This document shows positions 55,276 to 64,000 of a DNA stretch of 64,000 nt, one piece after another; within the stretch, counting starts at the first letter, position 1, and each line of letters begins with the position of its first letter. The notes beneath the pieces were generated by a model. It did not search any database. It was not told where the DNA came from and saw only the letters and a list, made by a program, of their open reading frames with translations. The stretch comes from Octopus vulgaris (Eukaryota), in assembly GCA_951406725.2 (NCBI GenBank), contig OX597815.1:102300001-102364000 (forward strand). Direction: 5' to 3'. Both the position numbers and the translations under genes were made by a program.

Positions 55276-58200
55276 TTGAGTGAGAGAGTGTGAGACAAGA
55301 ATAGTATGTATCTTGGATAGATTTGGATGGAGGCAGCACGCAATTTCGTATTTCAGAAGGTAGGCCATTATAGTAGCAAAGCAAGGGACAAGAGAACGAA
55401 ACGAACGCCGATGGTTGAAGTATAATGGTGAATCTTCATCATCCAGATGCTTATGTACTTTGGAATGCCATTTTGTATGCTTGCCTGTATAAAAGTATCA
55501 AAATCCTAGTTTAACAGTTATAGAACAATATAGAATATTGGGCTATCATGTTTTCGTCGTAAAACAAATATTAACTAACTTTATTTGACTTTCGCTCATT
55601 TCAAATACTATTAGTTGACACAACAGAACAGTAGGCAGACAAGAGAACCGTGAGTGTTGCCATGTTATCTCAGTGAAAGTAATTTCACCTCCCTTAGAGT
55701 ACTAATCCCCTTAAAAAGAGAATGAATGTTCTACATTTTCACATTCGTAAAAATATAGAAAATCGCAAGCAAGTTAAAACAACAATCCGAACACTGTTTG
55801 GATACTTAAAAGATATTTTTTATAAATTGTAAATTAATATATCATTTTGTTGATAAATACACACGTATATAAGTTGTTTTTAATTCACCTTGGCTAAATA
55901 TTATATTAAAGTTATAGTGCTGTATGCTATACATATATTGAGTTCTTTGATAGAATTCTCTAAAAGAAAATGCATATAAATGGCGAACAGAAAGAAAAGT
56001 ATTTTTGGACCAATACAATGGCTTTTAAGTGTTGTAGCGCAGATCAGGTGATAAATAAGCAAATAAACATTAAGGGATGATAAGGCGTGTTTGTCACATT
56101 CTAAGTCTGTAGAAACTGTTGAATAAGTCGAGTGCCAATTGACGATGATAATACAAACATAATAAACAAGTGGAATAAAGTTAAATAAAACGAAGCGTTA
56201 TGCTCTGAAATAATATAGTCATTAAAAGCCAAGGAACGAACCAGACGAGGACCGTTTTAAAGTTTTGAAAACACAAGCGAAGTAAAGTGATAATAAAATG
56301 AAAATAAGAGCAAACAAATGAAGAAATATGTTATAGGGAAGAGATGTAGGGACCGAGAGAGACCAAAGTAAATGAGAATCTTCGTGAGTAAAGAAGAGGG
56401 AGGAAAAAAGAAAGGAAAAGAGAACGGGGAAGAGAAGGATTAAGAGATGTGTCGAGAGGATAAGACCTATAGAGCATTGTGATATAGATATACAATGATA
56501 CATAGTTTGGTTAAAAATAGAAACGATGGACAGAGAGGTATATACGGTATATACGTAAGAAAGGTGTGTAAAAGAAATAGTGAGGTAAGCAATATAGATG
56601 TGTAGCGTGAAGAGAAATTGGAAGTGCGGAGAAAGTATGGAGAAGATAGGTCCTGAAATTTAATGTGGAACGTGAAAGGCAATAAGTAATTCCATTTGCA
56701 AGCATGCTCTTAAGAACAACAGGTTCTCTGAGTAGATACGCTTTGTGGACATTGAAAATAATCCCAAATTTCACAAACCTAGGAGCACAAAATATTGTGG
56801 TTTAATCAACATTCAGTATGATTGTAAAGACTAAAGTAGCTAGGGACTAACTAAGCATTTCCTCAGAGGACGCAATATTCAATAGAAGTACCTTGAAGAT
56901 TACCTGTTCATGTGAAAACGTCGCCGTATCGACGTATAATGTGAAAAGATTCTCTGAAACCAATGAAAATGAGCAAAATCCTAAATTCAATCGTATGGAC
57001 TCCCGTAATTTCTTGCTTAATGGCAAGTGTATAAAACTGAAGTCCAAATAGGCAACAGTTCTCTATCTAAAACGTTTACCAGTGCAGTTAATCATAGTTT
57101 CAAGAGAGATTTTACCTGCACGAGAATTTGTTTAAATATCCTGGCTACTTAAAGTATCTGGTTGGACTTTTTAAACATCCACTGGTCTGTTTTAAAAAAA
57201 CAGTAAACCCATTAAGACATGGCTTTTATCCCAATTACATCAAATTTCAGTTGGATGAAAAGTAGTTTATCCTGTTTCTGAACCGAATGTTTGAGTTATT
57301 GAACTTTTCCAAGCATTCTTAAAAGCTTTCGGTCGACGCTTCTTCTATCAAACGGATGACGTGCACTAGTATTTCTCCAGTTGTTATTATTATTATTTAG
57401 AATATGTTGATACATTCTAATTCTTTCACTAACTTATTTTCGACATTTGTATTTTGATCTTTAGGTACAATTATTACACATAATTTTTATCTAACATTAC
57501 CATCGATCCTGTTTTATGTTTTACATATGACATTCACAAAAGTTCATCCCTTTTACTTTTGGAATTTTACGTTTTCATGCATTTTCTTATGTGCTTTCTC
57601 ATCAATTCAAATTACTTTTCTCCCGTCAATTTTGACCAGATTTTGTGTATATGCATTCATTTTGTTTTCTTGAGCCAACCCCACAAAAAATACAATAATT
57701 GCCTTTCATCCTTCGCGCTAGGTTTTTCTATTTATTCTCTATATACTTTCTGTTTTTTTCACTCACTCTTCTTTCTACACATTTGCTTTACTTAAATCCT
57801 TATTCGTCTTACAACTTTTCTTACGTATACATTTCCCTAGTCTTTTCTTTTACTATAGGACGTGCATCATATTATGCTTCCTGTGCATATATACTTCGCC
57901 TCAAATGCTATACAGCTTTCTCTTCTCAGTACATCTCTTAATCACTGTCGCTGTTTCAGTATCTCACTTTTTTAGTTCCATTTCCTATAAACTTTTCTTG
58001 TTACACTCTTTTTTACTTACTGTTTCGACACCGCTCTCTCTCCTACAACAAATTTATATATTTGTTCTTATTTCCATTCATTTTATTTATCTTATCTGTT
58101 CATGTGTGCTCTCAAAACTACGATGGCTTTGCCTGCCTTCTTTAGATTGATCGAAGCAGAGCTTATGACTACATTAATTTATCTTGACATAACGCCTCGT

Positions 58201-58655
58201 TTCGTTCAAATTTATTTCATTTGTTTATGTTTATATTATTTCCATTAATGGTCAGTTGTCTTATCCACCATATCCCATTAATTTTGACATATAATAACCT
58301 GTTATGCAACCAGCTTTAAATGCTCATTTCCTTATTTATGAACCGATTCCCACTACAGTATTTAAAGCCATTGTATTGTTCAAACTTCTGATGATCGGTT
58401 ACATAAACCGCGGGGGCCAATGGTTTGCGAAGATTTTTAGCTTTGCTGAAACTTTATCGAATCCTTCTTTCGAGGGTTATTTACTGCACATGTTTTTGTA
58501 CTTACTCACGTGTGTATGTATATGTATATAAAATATCAAAATATGTATATATATATAGATATATAGATATATTTATATATATGCATATATATACATATAT
58601 ATGTATATATATATACATATATGTGTATATATAAATAATAATAATAATAATAATG

Positions 58656-58741
<86 letters not shown>

Positions 58742-58747
<6 letters not shown>

Positions 58748-59773
58748 CTGTTCTCAGTATTTAAGGAAGCTGACAAATACAAACAAGAAATCATACCACC
58801 TAATAAACACAAAGAAGAAGAAGAAGATGATGAAGAAACAACAAAAGCTATAAAACAAATGAAATCCAAACTAAAAATAGAACAGCAACGAACCATGATA
58901 AAACGATGGCAAGAAAAACCCCTTCATGGTAAATACTGCACTAAACTAAACGCAAAAGAAATAGACAAAGAAAAATCCCAGCAATGGTTGAGAAGCTCAG
59001 GACTCAAAGCAGAAACAGAGGGATTTTTAATTGCAGCACAAGACCAAAGCCTCCCCACCAGAAATTACCAAAAACATGTAATGAAAAGAAATATTACAAG
59101 TAACTGCAGAATATGTGGAGATGGACAAGAAACAATAAATCATATTATCTCTAGCTGCCCAGTCCTGGCTAAGAAGGAATATATTCACAGACATGACAGA
59201 GTTGGAACCTACATACATTGGAAGCTATGCCAACATTATGGAATAACAACAGAAAAAAGATGGTATAGGCACACACCAGAAAAGGTCACAGAAAACGAGA
59301 AAGCAACCATACTCTGGGATATGCCGATACACACAGATAGAGAAATTAAGGCCAACAGACCAGATATAGTTGTCAGAGATCATGAAGAAAAAAATGCTTT
59401 TTAATTGATGTATCAATACCGGCAGATGACAACGTGTCTCTAAAAGAAATGGAGAAACTCTCAAAATACAAAGACCTGGAAATAGAGGTAACTAGAATGT
59501 GGAATCTGAAAACAGAAACAATTCCTATCATAGTAGGTGCATTAGGCATGATAAAAAAATATTCAGACAAATACATAACAAAAACACCAGGACTTACAAA
59601 CACATATAACATACAGAAAATTGCACTACTAGGCACTGCCCACATCCTACGCAGAACACTTTCCATACAATAACCATCAGAGCATCACAACAAATCACAG
59701 CACATACCCAAGGCACACAGAGCTGCGCTCGGTAGTGAAGTGAAAGCACGCTATAAAAATAAAAATAAAACTA

Positions 59774-59776
<3 letters not shown>
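58742..59776 (+). mobile_element. 5'-truncated Dong/R4 element E in (AAT)n
   Basis: WQEKPLHG, LKAETEGFLIAAQDQ, CRICG..ETINHIISSC (CCHC), RHD, NRPDIVV, then a single frameshift in the A-run at ~59390 into KLSKYKDLEIE..PIIVGALG; 3' UTR followed by (AAT)n. Confidence 0.93.
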
Positions 59777-63183
<3,407 letters not shown>

Positions 63184-63209
63184 TAATAATAATAATAATA
63201 ATAATAATG

Positions 63210-63338
<129 letters not shown>

Positions 63339-63454
63339 TTAATAGTGATAATAATATTAATAATAATAATGATGGTGATAGTAGTATTAATGATGATGAT
63401 GATAATAATAATAATAGTGGTAATATTAATAATGGTAATGATAATAATAATAAT

Positions 63455-63500
<46 letters not shown>

Positions 63501-63529
63501 TTAATAATAATAATGATAATAATAATAAT

Positions 63530-63569
<40 letters not shown>

Positions 63570-63590
63570 TTAATAATAATAATGATAATA

Positions 63591-64000
63591 TACAGTACCA
63601 GGCAGTGGTTCTCATGGCTTCTGATCTTAACTGATTTGAAGTGTTATCATGTACATTGTTTTGTCTTGGTATAAAAGATGGGCTACAGCAAATATTCTGC
63701 TCAATAGTACAGATTTGTTTGTCAGTTGTTTGACCTTAACCAGTTGAGAATGTCCTTTAGTGGCTGACGATATGTGCATCTCTGATCACGAGTAGAAGTA
63801 GTGGGGGAGCATCATAGCCATGTGTTGAGAGGGATTCTTTGGGGTTTGAATAATTCACCTCTGGAAACATGGGTGGCTCTTTCAACATCCTTAAACAACC
63901 CTTATTCAGAGACCTTTTGAGCGGGATGGGCTACTCAACCAGAAGAAAATTCTAACTGGGCCCCACCTGCAAGGTCATGTGCTGTTTATCTTCATATGAG
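63591..64000 (+). mobile_element. Second copy of the ~555 bp (AAT)n-associated non-coding element (runs off window)
   Basis: Colinear with 47450-47856. Confidence 0.85.

Noticed and set aside
56904-56953. Possible 50-nt minus-strand micro-exon (TTTCAG|...CAG|GTAATC)
   Set aside because: Splice-like signals only, with no recognisable peptide; could arise by chance.
58601-58741. Poly-Asn N-terminus fused to the Dong ORF
   Set aside because: Chance in-frame read-through of flanking microsatellite, not part of the element protein.

Overview
AT-rich, microsatellite-saturated eukaryotic DNA. The SINE families and repeat landscape suggest a coleoid cephalopod, most likely Octopus (inference). No intact host gene, rRNA, genuine tRNA gene or CRISPR array is supportable, and almost all ORF-track entries are translations of simple repeats. 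The window consists largely of mobile-element remains. (i) R4/Dong-clade non-LTR retrotransposons with a restriction-like endonuclease: at least five diverged 5'-truncated copies lie head-to-tail in (AAT)n tracts (45.8-47.3 kb, 58.7-63.1 kb) together with a ~555-bp non-coding companion element, and a distinct family sits in (CATA)n tracts in a strand-consistent way (1.1-1.6 kb, 22.6-27.2 kb). (ii) Penelope-like element pieces occur in (TA)n/(CA)n tracts, including two co-varying type I hammerhead ribozyme motifs and fold-back ends. (iii) LINE remnants: a GC-rich Tx1/L1 copy, an RTE remnant and three CR1-group remnants. (iv) Two tRNA-derived SINE families whose 3' tails match the CR1-group and Tx1 LINE tails present in the same window. 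(v) DNA-transposon remnants: mariner, Tc3-like, hAT-like and Helitron. The most notable signals are the apparent partitioning of microsatellite types among site-preferring retroelements, the candidate (CATA)n-specific R4-like family, and the hammerhead ribozymes.
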